Source: Perkinsela sp. CCAP 1560/9 (lineage: Eukaryota > Protista > Euglenozoa: Kinetoplastea). From it: a stretch of DNA of 64,000 nt. Shown here piece after piece: positions 1 through 11,246 of the stretch. The translations under genes and the position numbers were made by a program. The notes below the pieces were generated by a model, which saw nothing but the letters and a program-made list of their open reading frames with translations, was not told the origin of the DNA and searched no databases. Each line of letters begins with the position of its first letter. Within the stretch, counting starts at the first letter, position 1. The DNA is taken from NCBI GenBank assembly GCA_965644495.1, contig CBFFSA010000001.1:2108001-2172000 (forward strand). Reading direction: 5' to 3'.

Positions 1-1991
1 TACAGGAAATTCTTTACATTTTGCACAATCATCAAGGTTCATTAGAGCAACTCCCCACTCCGCATAGTGCACGCAGCGCACTTCTTTCTCGAGGAACTCT
101 GTCCATTCTGGAGAGCCTTATAGATACGGATGACACGGTGGACGTGGCCGATTCCGTGTCCAGCGCTTCGATCATTGCAACGGAAATTTTAGCCAACGTC
201 GAGAGAGGCACTCATTCTGACTATTGGATGGTTGAGCACTACGGGTCCATGGCTGAACGAATTAAGAGCAAACAGTATTCAATTGAGACCGAAAAAGAAA
301 CAGATGCTTCTTTATCAGGCGAGAAACGGAGTCTCTCCACGAATGCGCAAGAGCTGTTTCAATTTGATCCCAGAGCCACACGTGTGTTTCCCTCCCCCCG
401 CGACACGCAAGAGATGGAGGAGATGGACGTCCTGTCTCGTATTCTACAAGAGCAAGATTTGGATCTCCGTGACAACAGCTCCGAGGACGAGTCTCAAGGA
501 GGCGCAATGGAAAGTTCCACCATCGAAAGTGCACTCGACACCGCTACCTTTTCTCACTCAAGCAGCATCGGCTCGGAGAGGTCACATTCCGCTCACCTTG
601 GTTCCACCACCGAGGCCGCCACCTCGGAACAAAACCGATCCAAATCCGTATCCCCCGAAATCGTATCAACCCTCCCCCCGCAACCCTACCCCCCCGGACC
701 CGCTCGCGACCCCTCCTGGCCCACCACCGCACCCAACAGCCACGGCTCCACCTCCCACCTCCGTCCCTCCTCCTCATCCTCTGCCGGAAGCAGCCCCGTG
801 ATCCCCGCGCTTACCCAGCCCCCCTCCCACCGTACCCCCTCCCCTGCGCTCTCCCCCTCCCCGGCCTCCACAGCCTCCTCTCTTCGCCACCTCCTGCTTC
901 GTCACGTGCGGTACCAAAATGCAGCCACGATACTGAAAGAGATTGCAGAGGAGACCCCCTGGCGGGGAAGCGAATTTCACGCAATCCAACACAATCCACG
1001 AAATCGCACAGAGGAAAAGACGACCATGACGAGACCTCCAACCCGGTCGTGTTCAAATACGGAAGAGACCAATTTGGTTTTGTCTCCTGGATTCGCCCAG
1101 CATCCGTTTACCCCTACCCTTGAGGTTTTACGCTCCCGTAACGCGTTAAAGCCCTACATGGTGTTACTACAAAAAGCGACGGCACGGCAGGACATGTCCT
1201 CCGCGGTGAAGGATCTGATCCCTGCGCTACGAAGGCTACGGACCGCAGCGACGCGTGAGGATTTAACCCCCGCGACCCCACGGAAAGGGCGGGAGCCTCA
1301 CCCGGGGGAGTTGGCCACACAATCTCCACAAAGTGCGTATGATGGAAAGGATTATGGGGGGGGAAGGCTTTCAAGAAGAGATTGCGGTCGTGTGGAGAAC
1401 TCACCACGTTCGCGAAGTACAACACGGGTCCGGTTTCACTCTCCCAGTCCGGTGAAGGGGAGTTGGGTTGCCGCTGAGTTAGCCTCCCGTCGTCCAGTCT
1501 CGAGGATACGGTCAACCAGTTTAATGCGCGGACCGGGGTCAAATGATGTCATACGGCAAGCCTGTGCGGTGCAACATGTAGACACAACGCTACGGGAACT
1601 CTCCCCAAGTGGGAAAATGGTTTCTTCGGTAGCTCGGGAGGTAGACTCGAAGGGGTTGTCTCATCCGTATTCTGTTCTGGCACAGTCGGGACGACACAGG
1701 TCTGTGTCCAGTCCCCCACGCGTGCGACATCGTAGCGCACAGGAGATGAGAGAAGCACAGGACCAACTAGAAGGGGAGGAGGTGGCAATGAATGCACCAC
1801 TGACACAACCCAGTCCTAGCCGATTGCCCCGGATGGTCCCGAAGGAGCCTCATGAGTTGTTAGGTCCTACAGCGTTTCCCGCGCGTCCTCCGGTGCTGCA
1901 GGGAAGTGGGCCGAAATCGGTGTTACCGGGTGGCACACGTGAGACGTTTCCGAATCCCGTGCGCCAGATGCGGTTTAGTGACGTATTGTAG
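1..1991 (+). CDS. Hypothetical Ser/Pro-rich, largely disordered protein; 5' end lies outside the window
   Basis: 656+ codon ORF whose frame is open back to the window start (CAG GAA ATT CTT TAC ATT TTG...). Same strand as all other genes. No recognisable domain. Confidence 0.7.
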   Translation, partial: QEILYILHNHQGSLEQLPTPHSARSALLSRGTLSILESLIDTDDTVDVADSVSSASIIATEILANVERGTHSDYWMVEHYGSMAERIKSKQYSIETEKETDASLSGEKRSLSTNAQELFQFDPRATRVFPSPRDTQEMEEMDVLSRILQEQDLDLRDNSSEDESQGGAMESSTIESALDTATFSHSSSIGSERSHSAHLGSTTEAATSEQNRSKSVSPEIVSTLPPQPYPPGPARDPSWPTTAPNSHGSTSHLRPSSSSSAGSSPVIPALTQPPSHRTPSPALSPSPASTASSLRHLLLRHVRYQNAATILKEIAEETPWRGSEFHAIQHNPRNRTEEKTTMTRPPTRSCSNTEETNLVLSPGFAQHPFTPTLEVLRSRNALKPYMVLLQKATARQDMSSAVKDLIPALRRLRTAATREDLTPATPRKGREPHPGELATQSPQSAYDGKDYGGGRLSRRDCGRVENSPRSRSTTRVRFHSPSPVKGSWVAAELASRRPVSRIRSTSLMRGPGSNDVIRQACAVQHVDTTLRELSPSGKMVSSVAREVDSKGLSHPYSVLAQSGRHRSVSSPPRVRHRSAQEMREAQDQLEGEEVAMNAPLTQPSPSRLPRMVPKEPHELLGPTAFPARPPVLQGSGPKSVLPGGTRETFPNPVRQMRFSDVL

Positions 1992-2425
1992 TAGAGTGTA
2001 CTTTTTTTGTGCACATTTTTTATTCCGTTTAAATTGTTGATATTTCGGTGGATAGGTACTATCTTGTGGGTATACACCATGCGTTTTGATAGTTTCAATG
2101 TAGATTTTGCAATAAATTCTCTTCTGGTTTTAGTACAGTGTTGTACAATGTAGCAGGTATTTCGTTTCTTACAAATTGAGAAAACGAAATGTCACGGAAG
2201 TTTAGACAATTTAGTATGCGCCATACGCTTTGTTCATAACGTACTAGAAGTTTCACTCGAAACTTTTTAGATTTCAACAACTTTAACATCTTCGCAATTT
2301 TAACATCTGGTATCATACACGTATTTCTTATTTTCTATACATATTAATCTATCCTTGTTAAAACCTTCTGTTCTCCTGTTATATCACATTTCTATTATCC
2401 AATCTTTACTCAACTGCTACACCCC

Positions 2426-3211
2426 ATGTTTTGTCTACCACTTTCTCTTGCTCCTCGTTCCATATCCAAAGTAGCAGGAAAAATCCCGATAGCTACCGAG
2501 AAAGTCAAAGCGTTGTCTAAAACACCGAAAACATCCCCTAGCTCCAATAACCCAAGCTCGACCCCGATGCCCCATCCAGTAGATTTACGACGACGACATC
2601 AAAACCTCTACGTCCCCGGGATGCACTCGTTTCTTCTCTCCGAGCACCATCTCACGCAAGAGGTAGCGCGGCAAGAGGAGGCATGGCGCCGCAGACTAAA
2701 CATGGTCTACGATAAGGAGAATTTTCCACGCCCCACATGGAGTAAGTCCAGCACATATGATATCGAATTCTGCAAGCCCGCAACCATAGAAAAGGGCAAT
2801 ACCCCATTGGATGAAGCTCATCAAATCGAGTCGAATGTACGCACCAAAAAAGGTAAGAAGTCATCCCGAAATACCCAGCAGGTTTTGGAGAAAAAATCTC
2901 CATCTCCTCATGCAGGTTCGTTGAACACACAATTTTCAGCATCATCAAAACAAGATAAAAAAGAGTTTTGGGATCCACAAAGTGACTACTGGGGTATGCT
3001 GACCTCAGCCATCGCGGGTACCGTGGTGGGGTTCTACTTAGTCGACTGTGTTTTGGAGGGGAAGGAGGGGGTGCGGCTCCCCTATGACCCCGTTGTGGGG
3101 TTTCATCCCACGATACAGGAGCATGAGGGGAGGAGTGAGGCATACAACCAATTGGTGGAGCAGGATATAAGGGAGGGGATTGAAAAGTCGAAGGCAAAGG
3201 TGCTGTCATAG
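2426..3211 (+). CDS. Hypothetical protein with one C-terminal TM helix, possibly mitochondrial
   Basis: ATG after a pyrimidine-rich tract. Basic Ser/Lys-rich N-terminus. Hydrophobic segment YWGMLTSAIAGTVVGFYLVDCVL. Confidence 0.7.
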   Translation: MFCLPLSLAPRSISKVAGKIPIATEKVKALSKTPKTSPSSNNPSSTPMPHPVDLRRRHQNLYVPGMHSFLLSEHHLTQEVARQEEAWRRRLNMVYDKENFPRPTWSKSSTYDIEFCKPATIEKGNTPLDEAHQIESNVRTKKGKKSSRNTQQVLEKKSPSPHAGSLNTQFSASSKQDKKEFWDPQSDYWGMLTSAIAGTVVGFYLVDCVLEGKEGVRLPYDPVVGFHPTIQEHEGRSEAYNQLVEQDIREGIEKSKAKVLS

Positions 3212-3412
3212 AAATCAGATACATGTAGTCCATGCATTTTTATGGCACATAAACAGGTCGTGATCTTGAGTGCTTTGTGATGTACGCCCAATGAAGCAAC
3301 TTTGACATACATGTGCAATTTGTAATTGTGCCAAAGATTATTCGCTGAGATAAATTAAAGTTCATGGCTTAAATCTTGTTTTCCATGTTTTTCCTATGAA
3401 ATCGGACACACT

Positions 3413-3700
3413 ATGTCCACTATAAAATGTCGATGTGGTACCGATTCCGAAGAGGCTCACAGAAAATGGGTGGCATGCGATACATGCGGAGTATGGATGC
3501 ACGCAGACTGCATGGGAATTGTAACTGAAGAAGGATTTGAAACGATCAAGCATCGTCCATTTTATTGCGATCCATGTCGGTCATCTTTCGTAAAAGACAG
3601 AGAGGATGTCTCTGAAACTGTACGGATAATTTCTGAGGAATGCATACGATTTCGAAACTACTTGCTGAGGCAGAAATCAGTGTCCTCCAAATCCGTTTAG
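3413..3700 (+). CDS. Small stand-alone PHD-finger protein
   Basis: C4HC3 pattern: CRC...WVACDTCGVWMHADC...FYCDPC. Confidence 0.8.
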   Translation: MSTIKCRCGTDSEEAHRKWVACDTCGVWMHADCMGIVTEEGFETIKHRPFYCDPCRSSFVKDREDVSETVRIISEECIRFRNYLLRQKSVSSKSV

Positions 3701-3911
3701 TGATACAATGTACATGTATAGTGTCGTTAAACTCCTTGCAGTTATATTAGAGAAACATTAAATGTTTATTGGGCATACGGAAGCCGCGTATGGTACACTA
3801 ATTGGTATGGTACATTATTGATTAGGAACAATATTGGTTAGGAAGCTTTTGAATTATCACAGTCAGAACAAATTAGTGCTCTTTATTTCTTTTCAAAAAA
3901 TCTTTTTCTTT

Positions 3912-4760
3912 ATGAACCCACATCGCACCTCCACAGCACAAAGACTTGCGCTGGGCGTAGGCGCAGCATTGGGGGCACTATGCTTTCCTCAGCAAGGACA
4001 TTTCATCGCTACGCTTAGTGAGGTTCTGTTTCCCGTTCCTGCGCTTTCAGCGATGCGCAATAAGATGAGGCAAGACTTTCACGGCCGACATTTGCTACTG
4101 CAACGTCCCCGAATCACAAACGCGGATCTTCAACGCTGGGAATCCTCTCCCTGTGGGACGGACAGAGATACTCTTACTGGAGCCTATGTCCACTACATGC
4201 GATCGCACGGTTTTGAACCGGAGGGTCGCACGAGTACTCGTTTCATCACGGACCCCGAGCTATGCTACGTGATGCAACGCTACCGTGAAGTACATGACAT
4301 GTTGCACGCCACGCTCGGATTAGAACCCTCGGAGTATGACGAAATGGTGTTAAAAATCGTAGAATTTTATCTCACCGGTCTTCCAATGACAGGTTTGGCT
4401 GTGCTTGGTGTGGCAGCGAGGCGCATGCTTTCTAATTTTTCTGTTCTCGGTCGTAGGACACCTTTTTCGGATAATTCAGCGTTTGGGGAAGGTGCCCAGG
4501 GATCAAGTGAACAGCGAGGAGTTTCTACGTTATCGATGGAGCATGTGGGCCATCCTCTGAAGCGGTCCTTTTGCCCTTTGGTGCAGTCTTACCTGAAGCC
4601 GTATAACCAAGCAAATTTCATATTGGCAAGAAATCAATTTTCCTCAGAAAATCGTTTATTCTACTTAAATTATGACTGGGAAAAAAGTGCGAATGATGGT
4701 GTTAGATTAGGCTGTATTTTGAAGAGTTTAGGATTACAATCTTACAGGTCTTTTTCTTAA
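3912..4760 (+). CDS. COQ4: Ubiquinone biosynthesis protein Coq4
   Basis: YVMQRYREVHDMLHATLG (HDxxH...E motif), RPRIT and TGLPMT. First ATG at 3912; the ORF track start at 3834 is an upstream TTG. Confidence 0.9.
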   Translation: MNPHRTSTAQRLALGVGAALGALCFPQQGHFIATLSEVLFPVPALSAMRNKMRQDFHGRHLLLQRPRITNADLQRWESSPCGTDRDTLTGAYVHYMRSHGFEPEGRTSTRFITDPELCYVMQRYREVHDMLHATLGLEPSEYDEMVLKIVEFYLTGLPMTGLAVLGVAARRMLSNFSVLGRRTPFSDNSAFGEGAQGSSEQRGVSTLSMEHVGHPLKRSFCPLVQSYLKPYNQANFILARNQFSSENRLFYLNYDWEKSANDGVRLGCILKSLGLQSYRSFS

Positions 4761-4940
4761 TAGATTCGAAAACTACTTTAAAAGCAGGTAATATGCCTTG
4801 TTTTCTGTGCGAAGTGGGTTTCTGTACGAAGTGCAAAAAAAAGTACAGCTGTGTTATTGATAATAGCTATTCACACTGAAATACGTTTTTCTTCATATTT
4901 TCCTACACAAGATTAACTGATGTAGTTAAAGGATATTGAT

Positions 4941-7553
4941 ATGGATGGCGTACCTGTTTCTCGCAATACTTCTGGAGCCCCTAGCCCACCTCCAGCTTCG
5001 GATGCATGTGCCGAACTCGTTGAACTCTGGGAAGATTACTTTCGCTTATCAAAGTCCGTGTCTTCGTCAAATTTGCATGTAGCAAAGCATCAAACATGTG
5101 CCGAGGAGGCAACATACTATTCTCTAATGTCGGAATCACTTCGACGTGCTGTTCAACACTCTCCTTTTTTGTGCGAAGCAGCAGGTCGTCAAGTGCTGCG
5201 CTCACCAGACTGGGAGCTTTCGGTCATTGGAATGCCTCCTGTTTCATACACCTCTATTTTAAAGAGTTCATGTGTCGGGCAATTAACTACCTTACGTGGT
5301 GTGGTCAATTCTTCCAGTACGGTAATTCCTCTGCTTTACTCCATGAATTTTATCTGCGATTCCTGCGGTCAGCTTGTGCACCAAATCATGCCACAACTTG
5401 GAGTTTTCAACTACCCGACCCCGCAATCTAGTGAGACGAGTAGTAGAGAGCCTTTGACTAGAGGGTCAGACTCGAATGCAACGCCCAATGTAGCAATATG
5501 TGCGTGCACTAAAAAATCATCAAATAATTTCAGTTTTAGTCGACGCAGCACATACACTCCTCTATTTGACCAAGCGGAATACGTGGATGCTCAAATTTTG
5601 TGCTTGCAGGAACGAGGATCAGGTGATTCGTTTCGAGGAGAACGTGAAGGAGCTAATATGCACCTAGAGAGCGAAGCCCAACATCGTGAGGGTTCAATCT
5701 CTTCCATTGAGGTAGTTCTTGTAAAACATGAAAGATTTTTTAATATTGCGCAACCAGGGGATATCGTTACGGTTAATGGAATTCTTTCTGTGGGTACTTC
5801 CTCTACCGATGCTCTGCGGCGAAGTGGCGGAGATAAGTCGAAATATCGAAAGCAGGGAGGTACAACTGGAGGTCTGAAATCTCTAGTGCTCATGGCGCGC
5901 CACATTACCCTTGAGGAAAACATTGCGAATGAATCAGACTTGGAGGGTAGTTCAGAGACGGATATAAAGGATGTATCCAAAGCGAGACAAGGAATGAACT
6001 TCAAGTCCGAAAATAGAGCAAAACTGTTCTTGAATAAGCTAAAAGCGGTAAGGAACTCAGGCATCGAAGTTGACCTTATTCCGACTCTTCTTTCTTCATT
6101 TTGCTCTTCGATATTAGGTCATGAAACCGTGAAACTTGGAATTTTGTTGTGTGCAGTCGCAGGGCATAGCTCAGAAGAAAATACTATTGAACATCCCCAT
6201 GCTGAAGGAAATGGTGGTCTCGAAAAAGAAGAGAGCTCAAAAAATCCACCTAATCTAGCTCATTATGATTGTGAAGCATTTCGTGCGCCTCTTCAGCGCG
6301 TTAAGACGGTTCATCTTCTTGTGTTGGGGCCAGCTGGAGTTGGCAAATCTCATTTGCTACAGGAAGCGGCCACACTTCTCCCTCATAGCGTTTTTGCATG
6401 TGGACCAACTGCCTCGAATACTGGATTGGGTGTAGCGTGGTCCCGCTCTGGTTCCGAGTCATACGGGTCCGGGGTTTCACTTCAAGGAGGAGTACTCACT
6501 GTAGGCCATCGCGGAATAACTTGTCTAGACGAGATTGATAAAATGTCATCGCACTCATACAATACTCTTTACGAGGCAATGGATCGTGGAGAACTCAGCG
6601 TTGCAAAGGCCTCCGTTCTTCACAGTGTCCCGGCGAATACATGTTTAGTGGCCGCTGGAAATACGGGTGGTCGTATTCCTCGGGCTCTTTTTACTCGATT
6701 CGATCTTGTGTTTGTGCTATCATCGCAACGTAGGACTTCCAGCGGGCCAGAGAATTCCTTTTCGCAACGCACCGACCACTTGGGCCGGCATCTTCTTCGT
6801 CAAATGTTCGACAACTTAGACGATTCTATGACATCGGAAAAATATGCAGCAAATACTTCGCAGGATACTATACCACGTTTACTTTCTCCATCTGTATTAC
6901 GTGCTGTTCTACGAAAGCTTCGGTCAGCACCTACCCCCCGATTGGCTGCCTCTGCGGAGCACGCCATAGCCCGAGCTTATGTATCCCAGCGTATGCTAGG
7001 AACGGGGATGCCGAGCTCCCATGCTCTTTCGAGCGACTTAACATCATCTCAAGTAAATCTCACTGAGTCACAATTGGATGGATTACCCACCACCACCACG
7101 CTACGCCGGCTGCACTCCCTATATAAGTTAGTCCTTTCTATGGCAAAACTAAGATATAAAACAGAGGCAACTGACTCGGATGTACAAGATGTGCTGGATT
7201 TGCTTGACGGATCGGCGTGTTACGAAAATGATACCAGTGGACTCGGTATCTCTTTAACTTCAAATTCAAAACAATTTGCGCAGAGCGCAACGCAACCAGG
7301 AAAGAAAATGAATCAGTCTCAAATGCGAGATTTTTTTGAGGATCAGCTAAGAGATAAACTTCGCAAGGGTTTAATGAAAGACAACGTTTTTAATGAGACA
7401 TTTCTCCGTAGTACATACCATGAATGCTTTGAGGAGTATATAAGAGAAAACTCACGAGGTTTACAGAGCTTTGAGAAAATGCTGCGTGATCTGAATGCCT
7501 CTGGATCACTTCTTATGCAGGGTTCTTCTTCATATAGGCTGAATCGTAAATAG
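4941..7553 (+). CDS. MCM8: MCM-family helicase, MCM8-like
   Basis: Zn finger CDSC...CAC, Walker A GPAGVGKS, Walker B CLDEIDKM, LYEAMD, Arg finger TRFDL, TTLRRLHSL. C-terminal LNASGSLLMQGSSSYRL resembles the MCM8 winged-helix end. Confidence 0.8.
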   Translation: MDGVPVSRNTSGAPSPPPASDACAELVELWEDYFRLSKSVSSSNLHVAKHQTCAEEATYYSLMSESLRRAVQHSPFLCEAAGRQVLRSPDWELSVIGMPPVSYTSILKSSCVGQLTTLRGVVNSSSTVIPLLYSMNFICDSCGQLVHQIMPQLGVFNYPTPQSSETSSREPLTRGSDSNATPNVAICACTKKSSNNFSFSRRSTYTPLFDQAEYVDAQILCLQERGSGDSFRGEREGANMHLESEAQHREGSISSIEVVLVKHERFFNIAQPGDIVTVNGILSVGTSSTDALRRSGGDKSKYRKQGGTTGGLKSLVLMARHITLEENIANESDLEGSSETDIKDVSKARQGMNFKSENRAKLFLNKLKAVRNSGIEVDLIPTLLSSFCSSILGHETVKLGILLCAVAGHSSEENTIEHPHAEGNGGLEKEESSKNPPNLAHYDCEAFRAPLQRVKTVHLLVLGPAGVGKSHLLQEAATLLPHSVFACGPTASNTGLGVAWSRSGSESYGSGVSLQGGVLTVGHRGITCLDEIDKMSSHSYNTLYEAMDRGELSVAKASVLHSVPANTCLVAAGNTGGRIPRALFTRFDLVFVLSSQRRTSSGPENSFSQRTDHLGRHLLRQMFDNLDDSMTSEKYAANTSQDTIPRLLSPSVLRAVLRKLRSAPTPRLAASAEHAIARAYVSQRMLGTGMPSSHALSSDLTSSQVNLTESQLDGLPTTTTLRRLHSLYKLVLSMAKLRYKTEATDSDVQDVLDLLDGSACYENDTSGLGISLTSNSKQFAQSATQPGKKMNQSQMRDFFEDQLRDKLRKGLMKDNVFNETFLRSTYHECFEEYIRENSRGLQSFEKMLRDLNASGSLLMQGSSSYRLNRK

Positions 7554-7797
7554 GTATCAACATTCATGTTGTTCTCGTCCATAGAATATCATGGGAAGTA
7601 GTTGTAAAATGTTCGGCAGGTCTAGTTTCCTGTGCCTCTTCCTAAAACAGGGGCTTCAAGTTTTGTAACCACATAATAAAGATTTACCTAACGTAGGGAA
7701 CACGAAAATTTGTTACCTTAGTGTAGTCATAGGCGCATATTAGTAGATATTTCGCCTTTCTACAAAGACCATTCTTTTTTTAAGTTTTTGGCGCGAA

Positions 7798-8574
7798 ATG
7801 TTAGTCTGTGTGAAAGCAGCTGACACCCTCGTAGATTCGCCACCATTGAAGCGCCGACGAGCAGCCAAGGTCCGCGGCACTGCGCTTTCTCCAGACATGG
7901 AAATGCACCGTTTCGTAAATCAAGTCAAAGGAAAACATCGTTCTTGGAAGCCATCAAATCCTATTTCAGAATGGAAGGGTGTGTATGCGATTCATGAAAA
8001 AGTTCTGGAAATCGATTGGGAAAATTTAGGCATTCGTGGCACATTGGATTTTATCTGCTTGCCTTCCTCTCTCAATGTTCTTTCTATTAAGAATGATATT
8101 GTTGCTCTTGAAAAGCTCTCGGGGGCGCCAAGGTTTGATAAACTCCCGGAAAGTCTAAGTACACTAGAGCTCATCAATCACTCATTTAGCGGACAGGTAG
8201 ATCTAACGCATCTCCCTTTGGCTATCACTTACTTTGACATTTCTGGAAACCGATTTACCGGAACGGTGGACTTGACTGCTCTTCCGCCTAATCTTGGCAC
8301 CCTTTTACTCAGTCGCAATGCTCTCAAAGGAGATGTGTGTCTAACCAAGCTCCCTTTATCACTTGTAGTTCTTTCTCTTGGCGAAAACACGTTTACTGGT
8401 TCCCTTGATCTGACACAACTTTCCGGATCCTTGCATACACTGGAGCTCGAATGGAACAAATTTGAAGGCGTTCTAGATCTACGAAAGTTGCCGCCAAGCA
8501 TACAACGTATAGATATCTGTATGAGTGGGTTCGACGGATATGAGGATGACTTTGTTCCCGATGTAGTCGTTTGA
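7798..8574 (+). CDS. 23-aa leucine-rich repeat protein (family copy 1)
   Basis: Repeats LPxxLxxLxLxxNxFxGxxDLxx. N-cap SW...EWKGV. Confidence 0.9.
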   Translation: MLVCVKAADTLVDSPPLKRRRAAKVRGTALSPDMEMHRFVNQVKGKHRSWKPSNPISEWKGVYAIHEKVLEIDWENLGIRGTLDFICLPSSLNVLSIKNDIVALEKLSGAPRFDKLPESLSTLELINHSFSGQVDLTHLPLAITYFDISGNRFTGTVDLTALPPNLGTLLLSRNALKGDVCLTKLPLSLVVLSLGENTFTGSLDLTQLSGSLHTLELEWNKFEGVLDLRKLPPSIQRIDICMSGFDGYEDDFVPDVVV

Positions 8575-8848
8575 GCGAGTCACATGTACATTATAACATT
8601 GTAAATATCATCGTTACATCTTTCCTTTCGTAATTTCAATTTTTGTAGCTAAACCTGGGACAAGAATAAGTCACTCCCCCCCTTACACTTTTCAAAAATG
8701 TTTTTATGTGGATGTTTTACATATCGGCGGGGTCATACTTAGTAATAAAAGGGGGGAACTTCTTCATTTCTTTGACCACCTACGAAGAACATCTTAAACA
8801 ACCCAAAGAAATTATTTTCCCTATTGGTTCCTTCTGTCTTTTTATATT

Positions 8849-9826
8849 ATGCTTCCACAGGATTCTACGGACTGTGTGTTTCCACGGACTTTATGGCATT
8901 TTCAAGGTTCATGGAATGACGTTATAGCACCCCATCCGGTATCCGAGGTTATATGTGACGTTAGTCGAGAACAAGACTCTGAAGTCGAAGATACAACTGC
9001 ACAGACATATCACCGTTCTCTGTACGAAAAAATGCTCTCTGCTATTTCGCCTTCTTTGCGCAATTCTGAACTTTTGTCTGAAGAGCTTTTTTTCTCACAA
9101 TCTAAAACTTTATCGGCATCGAGTGACGATCCTTACGCCACACTTCACAAAGTATTCCGCATTGTAGAACACCTGTCACCGACCCTTCATAATATTTACA
9201 AAGATGTATGTACAGTGAATGAAATCAATAACGTTTCCAAGTCTTGTCTGTCACTTTTACAAACGCTTGATTCCTCACCTCGACTTGAGGCAAGTCTGAT
9301 AGTGGTGTCAGATGCATTCGCGAATGGAGAAGTATGGGCCAATAGCAGATCTCTTCGGTGCGAGTTTTTGAATATTGTTTCTCAGCATTTCACTTCTTTC
9401 TCGTCATCGCCCGTCGACGTATTGTGCGCTTTGCACTTCCGATACCTTACGCAAACTATCGCTTTCGGTGCCGAAAAGCCTTTCCAATGCAAAACTTATT
9501 TTTCTTCGTCAACAGAACCAAATTCTTCGGTATCAAAACCAACTACTCTTTCTGCCGACGTATTATCGCTCGCCGCCACACTTCCACCTGCAGCGGTACA
9601 GTACCTGAAGCAAAGCGAAATAGAAAACATGAATAGCATGACATCGCGACAAGAGTGTGTCGAAGAGGATTTTAAATCCACAATGACTTTCTCTCGAAGA
9701 GCAATCGATCGTTTTACACAAGATTTGCAGCAATGTTCTCGGCATCCAATGCTCATAAACGAAGATGATTTACAATGCACCGAAGATATCACTCCGGGCA
9801 ACGTGGAATCTATATTAACAGTGTGA
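8849..9826 (+). CDS. Hypothetical protein
   Basis: 325-codon ATG ORF after a pyrimidine tract. No recognisable motif. Confidence 0.6.
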   Translation: MLPQDSTDCVFPRTLWHFQGSWNDVIAPHPVSEVICDVSREQDSEVEDTTAQTYHRSLYEKMLSAISPSLRNSELLSEELFFSQSKTLSASSDDPYATLHKVFRIVEHLSPTLHNIYKDVCTVNEINNVSKSCLSLLQTLDSSPRLEASLIVVSDAFANGEVWANSRSLRCEFLNIVSQHFTSFSSSPVDVLCALHFRYLTQTIAFGAEKPFQCKTYFSSSTEPNSSVSKPTTLSADVLSLAATLPPAAVQYLKQSEIENMNSMTSRQECVEEDFKSTMTFSRRAIDRFTQDLQQCSRHPMLINEDDLQCTEDITPGNVESILTV

Positions 9827-10057
9827 AACGGTTTTCTATATCACCTTACTCCATTCGTATACATGAATTTACACGTAATTATTACGTTTAGAATTTGCGC
9901 TCTACTGTCTCTAGCAAACTTCTTGCACAAAGATAAATATTGAAACATCAGTTCGTTTTAGTTCGCTTCCTCAGTGGAGGAATAATATCAAACAAAATCA
10001 TAATCTTATACTTGCTTGTAGTATATTTTCAAGGCTTGAATTGTTTATATAGTATCC

Positions 10058-10909
10058 ATGAGTTTATTCTCTGCTGTGGATATCCAATCTTCATCGCGCA
10101 GGGCCGGTCGAATCCGAGGTGCCGGGCTTCCCCAAGAATATGAACTGTCTCGAGTGGTAAGCAACATTTCGGGCCACTCCCCTACTTGGACAACGGAAAC
10201 ACACGCTTGCAATTGGGAAGGGGTAACCTGTAATGAACAGAAAGAAGTTGACGAAATTGTTTGGCGAAGCATGTCACTTTTGGGAACCATTTCATGGTCA
10301 GACCTTCCTTTAACTTTACGCAGTTTCATCATAGGACATTACTTGTCTATGGGAACGGGGAACGTAATTACTGGAAACCTTCCTACCTCTGATTTACCTC
10401 CTCTTTTAGTGAAGCTTGTGATGGACAACAACAAGGTTGGCGGTGATTTAAAAGTGGAGACGTTTCCTAGACATTTAGAAATCTTTGAGGCGGCAAAGAA
10501 CCGTTTTGCTGGAAGCATTGCACTTTGTACGCTTCCTGCCACATTACAAACGCTAGATCTTCACGACAACTTACTTTCTGGGAACATCAATTTAAGTAAC
10601 TTGTCACCAGAAATGGTTGCCTTATATCTTTCCATGAACTCCTTCCATGGAGAGGTTTGTCTGCGCTCGCTACCTGCAAAACTCCGCTATCTTGACTTGG
10701 ATAAGAATGCTCTCAGTGGGGAAGTTGATCTGTCGAGTCTTCCTGTAACATTGTTTCGCATATCTCTCAATCATAACTCATTTGTTGGAACCGTTGATGT
10801 TCATAACGTCCCTGATTCCATGGATACCCTAGACCTTCGCGGAAACGATTTCACATCTATCGTACCTGTCCCTTACCCTGCGTGTGTCCACTATGACAAA
10901 AAACTATAA
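10058..10909 (+). CDS. 23-aa LRR protein (family copy 2)
   Basis: N-cap TW...ACNWEGVTC followed by 23-aa LRRs. Confidence 0.9.
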   Translation: MSLFSAVDIQSSSRRAGRIRGAGLPQEYELSRVVSNISGHSPTWTTETHACNWEGVTCNEQKEVDEIVWRSMSLLGTISWSDLPLTLRSFIIGHYLSMGTGNVITGNLPTSDLPPLLVKLVMDNNKVGGDLKVETFPRHLEIFEAAKNRFAGSIALCTLPATLQTLDLHDNLLSGNINLSNLSPEMVALYLSMNSFHGEVCLRSLPAKLRYLDLDKNALSGEVDLSSLPVTLFRISLNHNSFVGTVDVHNVPDSMDTLDLRGNDFTSIVPVPYPACVHYDKKL

Positions 10910-11246
10910 AGCAAAGTGTTTCAAGCAAAGTGAACAAAAAGCGATTCACTAATCTGTGCCTTCACGTTCTAATCAATCTAAAAGAACGTCTGTTTTGTTT
11001 GGGCACAAGAAGTGTCCAAAGTGTCTTTTAAAGACACTGCTTCACTAAACGTCTTGTATTTGCTTGTTTGGAAATTTATAGTTTTCATTGCAAGAATTTT
11101 GAAACTTTCTTTCTCTTACTTTTTTCTCTCCTTTCTCCTCAACCTTTTCCTAACTTTTCTATCCCCACACCTTTTTCACTCCTTTCTTCCTCTCTCTAGA
11201 ACCTTTTCTCCCCTTTTCCTCTCCCCACCTCCTCCACCCCACCCCA

